DNA of 64,000 bases from positions 992,001-1,056,000 of the forward strand of contig CP145412.1 of assembly GCA_036867785.1 (NCBI GenBank). The letters run 5' to 3'. Origin of the DNA: Plasmodiophora brassicae. Lineage: Eukaryota. Within the stretch, counting starts at the first letter, position 1, and the number at the start of each line of letters is the position of its first letter. The notes under the pieces are model-generated. The model did not search any database and had not been told where the DNA came from. It saw nothing but the letters and a program-made list of their open reading frames with translations. Position numbers and translations under genes: made by a program. Positions 11,546 to 21,759 of this stretch are shown piece after piece.

Positions 11546-13976
11546 ATGTCGTCGTCGTCGTCGTCGACGACGGCCGATAACAACCAGAACGCGCAGCTGG
11601 TGGCCTGCGTCCGCCTGTTCATCGTGATCAGCACGGTCGTGTTCACGATCGCGCGCCGGGCCCTGGAGCGGCGCATGCGGCGCCGGGCGGAGCAGATGGC
11701 CTTGCTCGAGAACCTGTACAGGGAGCTGTCCATCGCCGCCATGATCTCGTTCCTGCTGTTCATCGTCAACCAGTCCGGCCTGTCGACGTTCGTCGCCGAC
11801 CTGCTCGGCAAGCGCCCGCACGACCTGGAGACGATCGTCGACAACGCGCACATGCTGTTCATGAGCGCCGTCGTCCTCTACATGGTCCTCTGCACGTTCA
11901 TCATGTCGACGCTGAACGTCGTCCTGCACACGTGGAACAATTGGGACTCGTACCAGGTCAGCGCCCTGGTCGTCAACGCCATTGCGCTAGTGCAGGCCCG
12001 GGCCAGCGAGGACACGCTGGCCGGCCGCGTCCGGGACCTGATCAGCAACGGCCTGAAGCGGGACCAGGCCGTCACCTGCCTCAAGTACCACTTCCAGCGG
12101 ATCGTGTTCCTGGAGCAGTTCGCGTCCGACACGAGCGTCATGCAGAAGTTCCAGTACTCCAAGTACCTGCGGATGGTGCTCTACGAGGTCTGCCTGGAGC
12201 TGACCGAGGCCCGGTCCAGCGTGGCCGCCCTGGCCGTCGGCGCCATCGGCCTGCGCTGGCTCCAGCTGGCGTTCTTCGACATCACGTACCTGATCGACTT
12301 CCTGTCGCTCATCATCTGGGGCTGGTCCTCCTTCTTCTTCATCGTCCTCATGCACACCGTCCTGCTCCGGATCAGCAACGACTTCTTCATCGACGTCGAC
12401 CGGTTCACGCCGGCGCTCCTCAAGGAGTGGCAGCAGAACGAGGAAGGCAGACGCATCGCCTGCCTGGACGCCAGCAACGGCAGGACGCCGACGTCGACCT
12501 CGCCGAAACCCGAACCGAAACAGAACATGGTCGAATTCATGGACAGCATTCGGAAGAAGGTACGCACGCTGGATCACGACGTATATGCCCTGCCCCGACT
12601 GACGTTTCGCGTCAGCTGAAGCAATCGTCAGCGAAGGTGCAACCGGTCGGGAGCCGCACGGCCGTCAAGGGATCCAAAGGTTCCTACGGGTCCGTCTCGA
12701 AGGGCTCCCGTCACCACGCCGGCCCGCCCGCGCTCGACAAGGTCGACTCCAGCAACGACGACAGCGATATCGGCGACTCGGCGACGACGTCCAAGACGGA
12801 GCACGAAGGGTCCCGGTCGCAGGCGTCGCGATCGCAGGCGTCCCGGGGACCCGATTCCCGCACGAGCGCCTCCGGCATCTCGCTGCGGCCGCCGTTCGGT
12901 CGCGTCGCCCGACTGGACTTCTCCAAGCTAAACGACGACATACCGCCAGCGCCAGCGTCAGCGCCGTTGGCGAACCCGGCGGCGCCCGCTGCGTTGCTAT
13001 CGCAACCGAAACGCGCCAGCGGTCGTTTCCAGGCGCACGCGTCCGACTCGGCATCGTTAACGGTGCCTGGGAGCGGCAAGGCGGAAGCGGCACCAACGCC
13101 GCCGAAGGCGAAGATCCCGTCGACGCCGAGGACGCAGGAACCGGGTGCCGATGCGAAGGCAACGTCAAACAGGACGACACCGAGGTCGTCGAGACGACAG
13201 AGCACAACGAACGCCGAGGTGCAACAGCACAGCGAAAGCCATGCGATCTTCAGGGACCAGGTTCGCAAGCAGCTGCCGCTGTCGGGCCACGAGAAGGAGC
13301 TGGAGATGAAATTGCATAGCCGGCGATCCATGTCGATCTTCGAGGCGATGACGCCCCGCATCGAATCGTACGCCAGCCAGTCGAACGCGCCGGAGCCGGC
13401 GCCGTGCTCGACGATCCCGCTCGTGTTCGGCGGGTTGCGGTCCGATCAGGCGAACTCGGACGCCCTGCCGAAGTCGTTCTGGTTCGGCAACCCGAGGGTC
13501 ATGCTCATCGTCCTGCAGATCGTCCTGATGGTCGATGCCGTGTCCGTCGGCTGTGTCTTCTACTCGATGAGGTCCGCGAACGACCTGCCGTACGCGCTGG
13601 CCGCTCTGCTGCCCCTAGCGCTGTCCGTTGCCATGTTCCCCATCATCGTCCGGAACTATTCGACGATCACGTCGTCCGGCATGCTGGCTCGCGTCCAGCT
13701 CATCATACTGTCAGCCCCGGGGTGTACTTGGCTCATCTGTCGGTTGGCGCTGACCGACGCTTGCAGGGCGCTGAAGCAGCACGAACAGGACGAGGGCGAC
13801 TACCTGCCCAACCTATCCGGGTCGTTCCATTACAAGGTAATGCGCGCGATCAGGCTGTCGCTGTACAGCCGTCTGCTTATGCCTGTTGTTGCCAGGCCGA
13901 ACTGACGCGTCAGGCGACCAGCATTGAGTTGCCCAATAGCAGAGGTCGTATGCAGAAGAAGCAACAGCAGCACTAG
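11546..13976 (+). CDS. MLO-like seven-transmembrane protein
   Basis: MLO-type motifs in the correct order: LENLYRELSIAAMISFLL, HMLFMSAVVLY, WNNWD, KFQYSKYLR, FWFGNPRVMLIVLQIVL. Introns near 12560-12615, 13710-13765 and 13837-13911. Confidence 0.7.
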
Positions 13977-14074
13977 CATCCATAATATCATATTAATGCA
14001 TCGCGGTGGATGGGGTTTACGTAATAGCGTTCAGGGCTCGTCTATTTACAAATACTGGCATGACACATGATGGG

Positions 14075-15773
14075 CTATGCGACCGACAGAGACTGGAGGC
14101 GTGCACGGGACCCGTAACAATCGAACAGCTGGACGGTGCTGTCCGGTCGCCGCAGGGTAACCGTTCGGCAGTCGTCCGAGACGTACACGGTTTCGCCAAG
14201 TTGCTCGTAGAATTTGATGCGGTCCGCTATGGTCAGCAAGGTCCTGCAGGTGGCCAGCTCGCACAGGCGCATGGACCCGATCGTGCCGGCCCGGTTCGTC
14301 GGTTGCCAGACGAGAGCAACGTGCCCGTGGCAGAAGATGTTCAGGATTCGAGCGCCGAGCCTGGTTGCGACCGGCGATGGGCCAACGAGGTCATCAGCGC
14401 GAAGCACCGCGATCTGGGCACCGCCTCGTCTAGGGTCCAGCACCGAAATGCCAGACACTTCGGCTACTAGGACGTAGTCGCCCGCCCAGGTGATGGCGAG
14501 TCGCGTTGACGTGTCGCCGGACAGGGCCAGGCTGCGAGAAAACCGGCAAACAGGATCGACGTCGTTGAACCAGCAGGTCGGTGACGCCGACGCCGGGTAC
14601 GCATCGAAGAGCTGGTTGACGTCGAAGATCTCCATTGCCTCCCAGGGCAGGCTTGACCGGCGCGCGCGCCAACCCAGGAGCAGGAAGTTGCCGTCGGCGC
14701 TGAAACTGCTGATGATCGAGTTTCGCTCCCCGTCTGCAAAGTCGACACGTCGCAGCATTCCATTCCGGCTTGCATGTATGTCCACGATCGATGCTGCGAA
14801 CCAGCTGCCTTCAACGCCATGCAGGGGGCTTGACGTCAGCCAGCATCCGCAGCTCAGCCAGCGCCCGCATGGCGACACCAGGTGGGCCAGCTCGGAGTAC
14901 GACAGCGCTCGTTCGAAGGCCATCCGGCTCTCTAGGCCGACGAGAACCGGCGATGGATATGCTTCCTGGCCCTCTGAACGTAGTAGCAATCGCGTGGATC
15001 GCGACGCTGACCCGGGGACCGTTACGGAATCATACGAGAATCGATTGCCGGAACGTAGGGTGACTTGCGTGTCGCTGATTGTCCCCGTTCGCAGGTCGAT
15101 GTACACGACTCTCACTTCCCGGTTCTCGATGTTGGGGACGTACTGCGCCATCTGAGTACACGTGATGAGATGGCAACGTCACGGCAGCGACGCAGGGACA
15201 TTCTTATCACCATGTGCCGTCCGGATTCATCGACACCTATGGGTTGCAGCCATCGGTATGGGCACTTGATCGGAATCCTTCTCCAGACAGGGGCGGTCTC
15301 GTAGACCTCCATGGGTTCCCCGCTGAATCGCCAGTCATTCAGCACGAGGAACAGGCGGCCACCAGCCAGGAATTCTGGTCGTCGAGAGTTAGACTCGCCC
15401 GCGCAGCACTATAGTATGGCCTCCTACCTGCCGAGCCGGTACGATACTTGTGAACCGTCGTCCACTGCCCCTGGGCGCCATCGTACCGGAACACCTCGCC
15501 TGAACTCTTACCAGCAACGAGGAGATGCCTGCCGTCACCAGCGAGAGCGGACGTCATGTCGAGGTCACCGGTCGGGCCCACATGCAGCGACAAGCGCAGT
15601 CGCCGTCGTGACAGGTGCAAACGCTTCCGGACGCACAGGGCCCACTCGCGCGACACCTGTGCCAGGATGCGACAGTTCCAGGCATCCAGGAACCCGAGGA
15701 CCAGCAGCAGCGGCGACCCCAGCCCGCTGTTCGCATCCCACGGTCGCGTCCGGCGCTTGCGCGTCTCGATCAT
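14075..15773 (-). CDS. F-box protein with C-terminal beta-propeller-like repeats
   Basis: F-box-like LLLVLGFLDAWNCRILAQVSREW followed by beta-rich repeats (SPCGRWL, FSADGNFLLLG, VSDDCRTV). Exon joins around 15150-15400 are uncertain. Confidence 0.55.
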
Positions 15774-16105
15774 TGTGGCCGGTTGCCTGCACGTGGGACT
15801 GAGGCCGGCCCGGGCTCGTGCGGCCTCGCATCGTGCCCTGTCATTCGCCCAGCGCCCCACCGAAAACGTTACGACGAATGGCTCCAGGCCGCCCGGTCGG
15901 CGGCGGCCGGCGGCACACGCAGTGGCGTTGTGTAACCCCTCTCCCCCCTCTGACGGCGGGGGTGACGTTTTCGGCCCCCGCCCGCCGTGGTGGCCCGAGG
16001 CAGCGATGTCGAAAAACAGATCAGGGCGTCCCGATGGCGCTTCGGAACGGGAGAATCGCACGAGCGCGGACGTGTCGGGCCGCAGATCATGGCCGACGAG
16101 ACGAC

Positions 16106-16345
16106 ATGGTCGGGGAGCAGATCGTGCTGAGTCGTGTGCAACAAGGGTCCCGGTCTCCTCGTCGCACCCCCTCCCTTCCCACCACCACCGAACACCTCAC
16201 TGTCGCTCAGGTCATCGCGATGTCTTCCCGTCGAAACGCTTGGCTCGCAGACCACGATGCTGCACTGGTCGCTACTCTGGTAGATACCGTATCGTATGAG
16301 CAATTCGTAGAAACTGTATATGCCAGCGTTCGAACGCAGGTGTGA
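16106..16345 (+). CDS. Small hypothetical protein (79 aa)
   Basis: ATG at 16106 to TGA at 16345, with a helical C-terminus (AWLADHDAALVATLVDTVSYEQFVETVY). Fills the gap between the F-box gene and DHS. Confidence 0.4.
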   Translation: MVGEQIVLSRVQQGSRSPRRTPSLPTTTEHLTVAQVIAMSSRRNAWLADHDAALVATLVDTVSYEQFVETVYASVRTQV

Positions 16346-16353
16346 GGACGGGC

Positions 16354-17843
16354 TCAACTCCTTTCTCGTTGCAGTTTCGCGAACGTCTGCGAAACCAGAA
16401 GCGGGAAAACGAAACTGGCGTCGCCGAAGACTTTAACCGGCGTCGACTCTGGTTTGAGCTTTCCCCAGCTCAGAGATTCATCTGTGGCAGGACACGGGTG
16501 TTAACGGCGACATCGTGTGCAGCAAGTGGCCCCACTTTACCTGGGTCCGCTCCAGAATCGGAACCGTCGAACGAAACGGCAGTGTTGACAAAGACAGAAA
16601 AGTCGGCGCCGTTCCGAAATAGGTTCGCATTCAGGATATGGTGCTTGACAAGCCCTATCGTCACATGAATTGGAGCAATGCACCGGACTGAAACATGGAG
16701 GATACCAACCTGCACCGAGGATGATGACACCAGTGCAGTCAGCGTGAATAGCGATGTCGTTGAGCAGTCGGATATCCTTGACAATGTCAAGAATCAGGCC
16801 TGTTTCGTGCTTGTACGAATTCATGTACAGCATGTCGCCAAGTGACCCGTCAGTCAACGCTGGACTGAATACCGGAATGTCGTTCTGAATACATTACATA
16901 TCAGGACGTTGGGCTCACGCTCATAACGACGCCACACCTTGTAACACCAGTACAGAATCGAGTTCTCGTCATTGATCTCCTGCCCAAGGCGGCGAAGCAA
17001 TGAGCTCGGGGTGAGGATCGGAGCCCCACCTTCCTGTTCGGAGACAAGCCGGACAAGAATGGGCATTATCCATTCCTCAAACCTGTGAACTACAATCAAT
17101 AACAGCATAAAGCCAGAACAAGTGTAAACCAAACCGGCAATAATTATCGTTGGGGACAATCAGGTTGCCAATGCGATTTAGACCCCGTCGACGCAGGTCA
17201 CGACCATCCAAGTTGAATTCACCCATGACGTGCGGTCTTAGACACTTGATAAGGTCCTCCTCGACACCTCCAGCAGTTGCTACTAGTACATCCACCTTAA
17301 GCAACCGTTCGTCAGCAACAAGTAACCTTCAGAGGCAGCACAGACGCGGACCATTCGATTCTGCACAAGGTACCGAATGACTTCACGGTTCCCGCAGGAC
17401 ATCATGTTCGACGTACACCCAAGAAATATCGTACATTTCGTCTCAATTTCACGGGGCGGCCCTGGTGACCGCCGACACTGATCGTCGCTATCATAACCAT
17501 CGTGGTCATCGACGACCTTCTTGCCTCGCCAGTGCAGCTGCCGAGTTTCGCATATCAGTATGTGCAGCAGGCCGAAGCCTAGCGTTTGACTACCATTGCA
17601 CGAATCGTGTCGGTTGCTTTGGCGAAGCTGGTTGCCTGGAACCCAGTAGTCCTGCAGCGAACCGTGTCGATCGATAGCAATACGTGCATGCATGTGCCCA
17701 AGTTACCTCAGCGATTCGAACAGCGCGTCATAGTCCACGCCATTATTGAAATCGTATCCGCGAACGGGGACGCCTCCCTGGAGGGTTTCGCTGGGCTTCA
17801 GGACGGCGCCGGCAGCCAGCTCCAGCTCTGGAACGCCGCCCAT
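16354..17843 (-). CDS. DHPS: Deoxyhypusine synthase
   Basis: [54 protein letters not shown]. After an intron (~16483-16541) comes [10 protein letters not shown] with the active-site Lys. Stop at 16354-16356. Confidence 0.95.
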
Positions 17844-17933
17844 GCTACACGAGTCTGCGGGTGACTCGCGCAGTTTTGCTCCGACAGGGACCGTGTGCAG
17901 TGCGGCAGACTGGGGCGTAAATGTGGGCGGTAG

Positions 17934-18018
17934 GCGGCGGGCTGTCCAGGTTCGTTGGTAGGGACAATGTGGCAAGCGCAGCGGAAAAGGCATACCAGGA
18001 GTTAGCAGACGCTCCAGA
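17934..18018. repeat. Degenerate direct repeat, copy 1 (partner at 21542-21630)
   Basis: gcggcgggctgtccaggttcgtt...gacaatgtggcaagcgcagcgg...gagttagcagacgctccaga. Confidence 0.85.
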
Positions 18019-18027
18019 TAGGCTGGT

Positions 18028-18085
18028 TGTGTATGTGTGGGTCTTTGTGTGTGTGTGTGCGTATTTGTGTGTGTGTCCGTGTGTA
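18028..18085. repeat. Imperfect (GT)n microsatellite
   Basis: Interrupted gtgtgt runs. Confidence 0.8.
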
Positions 18086-18675
18086 ACGTGGCACCCCGCA
18101 TTGGCGCGTGCCCTATGCAGATAGTTAGCCACTCGGACGCTAAGCGGTACGACCGGGATTCTCGGCCACATAACGATTCGGTATTGCTGGGAAAGGTATG
18201 GGCAACAACCAGGGCAGGTCGTGCGACGCCGTGCCCGCTGGGCGCCAGCAGAACGCTCACTCAACGACGAGGCTGTCTCGTGTACGTCGTGCGCTGGCGA
18301 GGGGCCTGCGCAGCCTGGGCGCGTGCCTGTCACCCCCGGATGTCCTCGACGACCTGGCAACCTGCGGCATAAGGTCCAGTCCTGCACCTGGGCTGGCAGC
18401 ACCTTCTGGGGTGTCTCCACCAGCGCCACCATCAGGACCTCCGGACGCCCCAGGTTCGTCAACCTGAGGTACACTCCACGATGCTGTTCTGAGTTGTGCA
18501 GGCGCCCCGTCACCACCCGGAGGACCTGTCGCGACTCGATCGCCAGGCACTGCTCGTCCGGGCTGGAAACCGCACCCGGAACGTCCCAGGAACAATATGA
18601 TGGCCTACCACTGGTACGGTGCGCACGGGAACACGGGCTACATCCCTCTAATGACGTGTGTATTCTCCCAGGGCA

Positions 18676-19836
18676 ACGCTTGCGAATCAGCGGATGACAC
18701 GCACGATCTGGATGCAGTCGAACGTTGTGGCGACCATCGCAGTGGGCCCTGCCGTGCTGGACCTGGCACCGAAGGGGCAGGCGCACGGCTTCAAGCTGGC
18801 GACGAGTCGTCAAATAGTCGACCTGACGAAAGCCACCGACAACGTGATCGTGCGGCACTTGCCGGCTTCCCGGCACCCGCTGTACCTGCCGACGGATCAC
18901 ACGGCGCAGGTCGTCGACATCCTGGTGCCAACGCCCAAGCCGCTGCAGTCGGCGGCGCGTGTCCCGTTCCTCGTCGAGTTCCTTCTGCGCTCCTCCCGGG
19001 CCCCCGCCGCTGCCGCCGCCGCCGTCGTCTCCACGAAGCAGGTGATCTTCCCGGCCGGCGACGGCTGCCGCCAGGACTGCCTGGCGCTACAGTTCATACG
19101 CCTGGCCCAGGGCGTGTTCGCGTCCGTCGACCTGCCCCTGTTCGTCTACCCGTACCAGCTAGTGATCCCGGACCGGACGAGGCCGACCCGCGCCCTGGGC
19201 GGCGTCATCGAGCGCGTTCGCAGGTCGGCGTCGCGCGACGACCTCGGCAAGAGCAACGGCCTGAGCCCGCGCGGCTACTTCCTGTCCAAGTTTGGCCGGG
19301 CCGAGGGCGCCGCCTTCAAGCAGGAGGCGCAGCGACACTTTGTCCTGTCCATGGCCGGCGCCCATGCCTTCTGCAGCTACCTGCTGCAGGTCAAGGACCG
19401 GCACAGCGGCCACATCCTGCTGGACGACGACGGCCACGTCGTCCACATTGACTTCGGCTTCATCTTTGACATATCGCCGGCCAAGGACATGAAGGTCAAG
19501 CCGGGCGGGTCCAAGCTGACGCTGGATATGGTCGAGGTCATGGACAAGTACGACTCGGTCCGGTGGAAATGGTTCGTCGAGCTCCGCACCAGCGGGAACC
19601 TGGTCGTTCGCGCCCACCGCGACGACTTCCTGTCCATCGCCGACCTGATGTCGACCCACGCGCTGGGCTGCTTCAACGCCGACACGGTGGCGAACCTGAA
19701 GCAGAGGTCCGCGCCCGACAAGGACGAGCGGGACGCCGCCCAGCACGAATGATCAACGTCGTACCCGACTCGTACAACAACTGCAGGACGAACACGTAAT
19801 GATTCCATCCAGTACCTGCAGCAAGGCATCTATTAT
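18676..19836 (+). pseudogene. PI4KA: Phosphatidylinositol 4-kinase alpha (Stt4/PI4KA) C-terminal fragment, degenerate
   Basis: PLQSAARVPF, GDGCRQDCLALQ, SYLLQVKDRH, HIDFGFIFDISP, and terminal IQYLQQGIYY. The catalytic Lys is missing (IFPAGD vs IFKVGD), DRHNGN reads DRHSGH, there are frameshifts near 19747 and 19798, and the N-terminal part of the gene is absent. Confidence 0.85.
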
Positions 19837-19837
19837 T

Positions 19838-19995
19838 ACAACGAGGCCACCAGGATTCGCGCATTATGAGTTCGGTTCGCTTGGCCACACCGAAGTGGCC
19901 AGCAATGGCATGATCATGCAGGGTGCGGGTGATCTCCAATCGACAATCGTCTCCTGACATCACAAGGCGGCCACCACGATAGAGCAGGCCGTCAA
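19838..19995 (-). mobile_element. Ty3/Gypsy LTR-retrotransposon integrase zinc-binding (H2C2) fragment
   Basis: DGLLYRGGRLVMSGDDCRLEITRTLHDHAIAGHFGVAKRTELIMRESWWP. Confidence 0.85.
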
Positions 19996-20084
19996 CAACA
20001 GAACATCGGAACATGGACGGGCAGGAACGTTGCTGCGGGGCGGACAGTGTGTTGCGGGACGCGGCATTTGCTGTTGTTGTGATG

Positions 20085-20165
20085 CGGGTGGGGTGTCGTC
20101 GTCGTGGGGTGGGGTATCGTCGTGGGGGTGTCGTCGTCCTGGTGGTGTCGTCGAGGGTCGTTGTT
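20085..20165. repeat. Low-complexity GGT/GTC imperfect tandem repeat
   Basis: ggggtgtcgtcgtcgtggggtggggtatcgtcgtgggggtgtcgtcgtcc. Confidence 0.6.
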
Positions 20166-20436
20166 GCCCGCAGCCATTGGTTCTGTTTTCTGTCGTTTCC
20201 GACCTGAAGAAGGGGATAACTGGGAGTGTACAGTCCATTTCGAGAACTTCGGACCCAGGACTTGACGGCGGCGTCAGGTATCATCACCTGCATCCCTGTT
20301 CGCGCAGAGTCGAAAGGCCAGCGCCCGACGGGCGTTGTACCGATCGTGTCGCCACAGCTCTTCATGTAAGTGGCCAAGTGCGTTGTTCGAGCCACGAGCG
20401 ACTTGCTCGCAAACGGGTGATAGTCGAGATGGCCGT

Positions 20437-20773
20437 GCATGATTAGTGCCATTGAAATGTTCCTTGCAATTATGTTCGTCAGTAGCATGTGTAGGGAGGT
20501 TACCTTTCCGCCAGCAAACGAACGACATCTGGGGTATCGTAGCCACTGTCCTGCGTAACTCCCATCGAACGTGCTGAACAACTTGGAATGTGTCATTATC
20601 ACTTATGGAGATCATAACAGCGTAGTCTGTACCTGGACTGTTTGCGATTGTGATACCTCAAAAACTGGACATTCCAAGTTGTTCAGCACGTTCGATGGGA
20701 GTTACACAGGACAAGGGCTACGATACCCCAGATGTCGTAATTGCAAGGAACCTTTCAGTGGCACTAATCATGC
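20437..20773. repeat. Long inverted repeat: arms 20437-20591 and 20669-20773, spacer ~77 nt
   Basis: The right arm acattccaagttgttcagcacgttcgatgggagttac...gatgtcgt-aattgcaaggaac...gcactaatcatgc is the reverse complement of the left arm, except for a ~50-nt segment present only in the left arm. Confidence 0.9.
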
Positions 20774-20778
20774 CCGAT

Positions 20779-20900
20779 GGACCCTGCCGTGTTGGACCAG
20801 GCACCGAAGGGGCAGGCGTACGGCTTCAAGCTGGCGACGAGTCGTCAACTGGAGCAGGCGAAAACGACCGACAAAGTGACCATGCAGCACTCGCCGACTT
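20779..20900 (+). repeat. Direct duplicate of PI4K pseudogene segment 18744-18868
   Basis: ccctgccgtg(t/c)tggacc(a/t)ggcaccgaaggggcaggcg(t/c)acggcttcaagctggcgacgagtcgtcaa is shared by both positions. Confidence 0.9.
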
Positions 20901-21090
20901 GGAGGAACGTCTGGAAGGGTTTTCCTATCGTCCCGGAGGTGACCACGTCGTAATCCAACTGTATTCCTTGACGGGTCGCTCACAACGTCGGCTGCAACAG
21001 GCGTCCCAGATCGAGTCCGCTGCGCCCCCAGCAGAATGCCGAATTCTCCTGTTGTACGCGAACCGGATCCAGTCGCAGATTGCAACGTTC

Positions 21091-21240
21091 GACGTCGACG
21101 GGCGCAAGAAAGGCCCGATTGACCACGGGCCGACCTCTCGTGAGGCCGGCCGTCGCCGTCGTCAAACGGTTCAAAGGGGGTGTGACCCGGACAGTGTCCG
21201 GTTCTCAATGGTCGCCATCGTCGAACGACAGGACAGCTGA
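21091..21240 (+). pseudogene. Ubiquitin C-terminal hydrolase (C12, UCH-L3-like) C-terminal fragment, frameshifted
   Basis: DVDGRKKGPIDHGPTSRE / AVAVVKRF / DPDSVRFSMVAIV* matches the UCH-L C-terminal pattern ELDGRK..PI.HG.TS...DA..V.K.F..RDP...RF..AL. Confidence 0.7.
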
Positions 21241-21541
21241 ACCACTTTGTTGGATTGTAAACGAACAGGCCTGATTTGTGAATGGCTGAGCCTCCGTTCA
21301 GGGCGTTCGTTTACGGTCGTGCCTGGGGCGCACCGCATCAGGCTCAGCGATGGACAGCACAAGGCTTTCGCGAGCGACGACGTCGTGTCAACCAGCAACG
21401 ATGCGGGCATCTTGTCATGGTTGGGCTTATTTGACCTTGCATCGCTTGTCCTTTGGTTACGTGCGGAATCGGCTCGTCTGCCTGGCAGGCGTCGATGTCA
21501 GAACGTTAATACCCCTGCGTAGGCGTTGATGGAATCGGAAT

Positions 21542-21630
21542 GCGGCGGGCTGTTCAGGTTCGTTCCAACTACAGCGACGACAATGTGCCAAGCGCAACGG
21601 GGTATCCCTTGAGTTAGCAGACGCTCCAGA
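21542..21630. repeat. Degenerate direct repeat, copy 2 (partner at 17934-18018)
   Basis: gcggcgggctgttcaggttcgtt...gacaatgtgccaagcgcaacgg...gagttagcagacgctccaga, with an identical terminal 20-mer. Confidence 0.85.
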
Positions 21631-21759
21631 CAGTGTTTCAAGTGAGGACCAAGCGGAGTTGGGGTCAGTTCGGCTCTGCGCCGCTGATATCTGTAGACGG
21701 CACAGATCATGATCACCCAGTTACCGACCCCCCTATCCAGTGGTGAGCAATTTGACGGC

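Noticed and set aside
9886-12577. Many long overlapping alternative-frame and antisense ORFs
   Set aside because: Expected shadows of very high GC3 coding sequence, with Arg/Pro/Gly-rich non-protein-like translations.
16470-16545. DHS apparently lacking the catalytic WGK motif
   Set aside because: An intron explains it. The next exon encodes [10 protein letters not shown].
17934-18018. Repeat as a tRNA or CRISPR unit (contains ggttcg)
   Set aside because: No cloverleaf could be built, and there are only two copies 3.6 kb apart with no spacer array.
20473-20522. Segment missing from the right arm of the inverted repeat, read as a precisely spliced intron (retrocopy evidence)
   Set aside because: The deletion endpoints do not match the GT..AG boundaries. 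It removes apparent exon bases and keeps the acceptor end.
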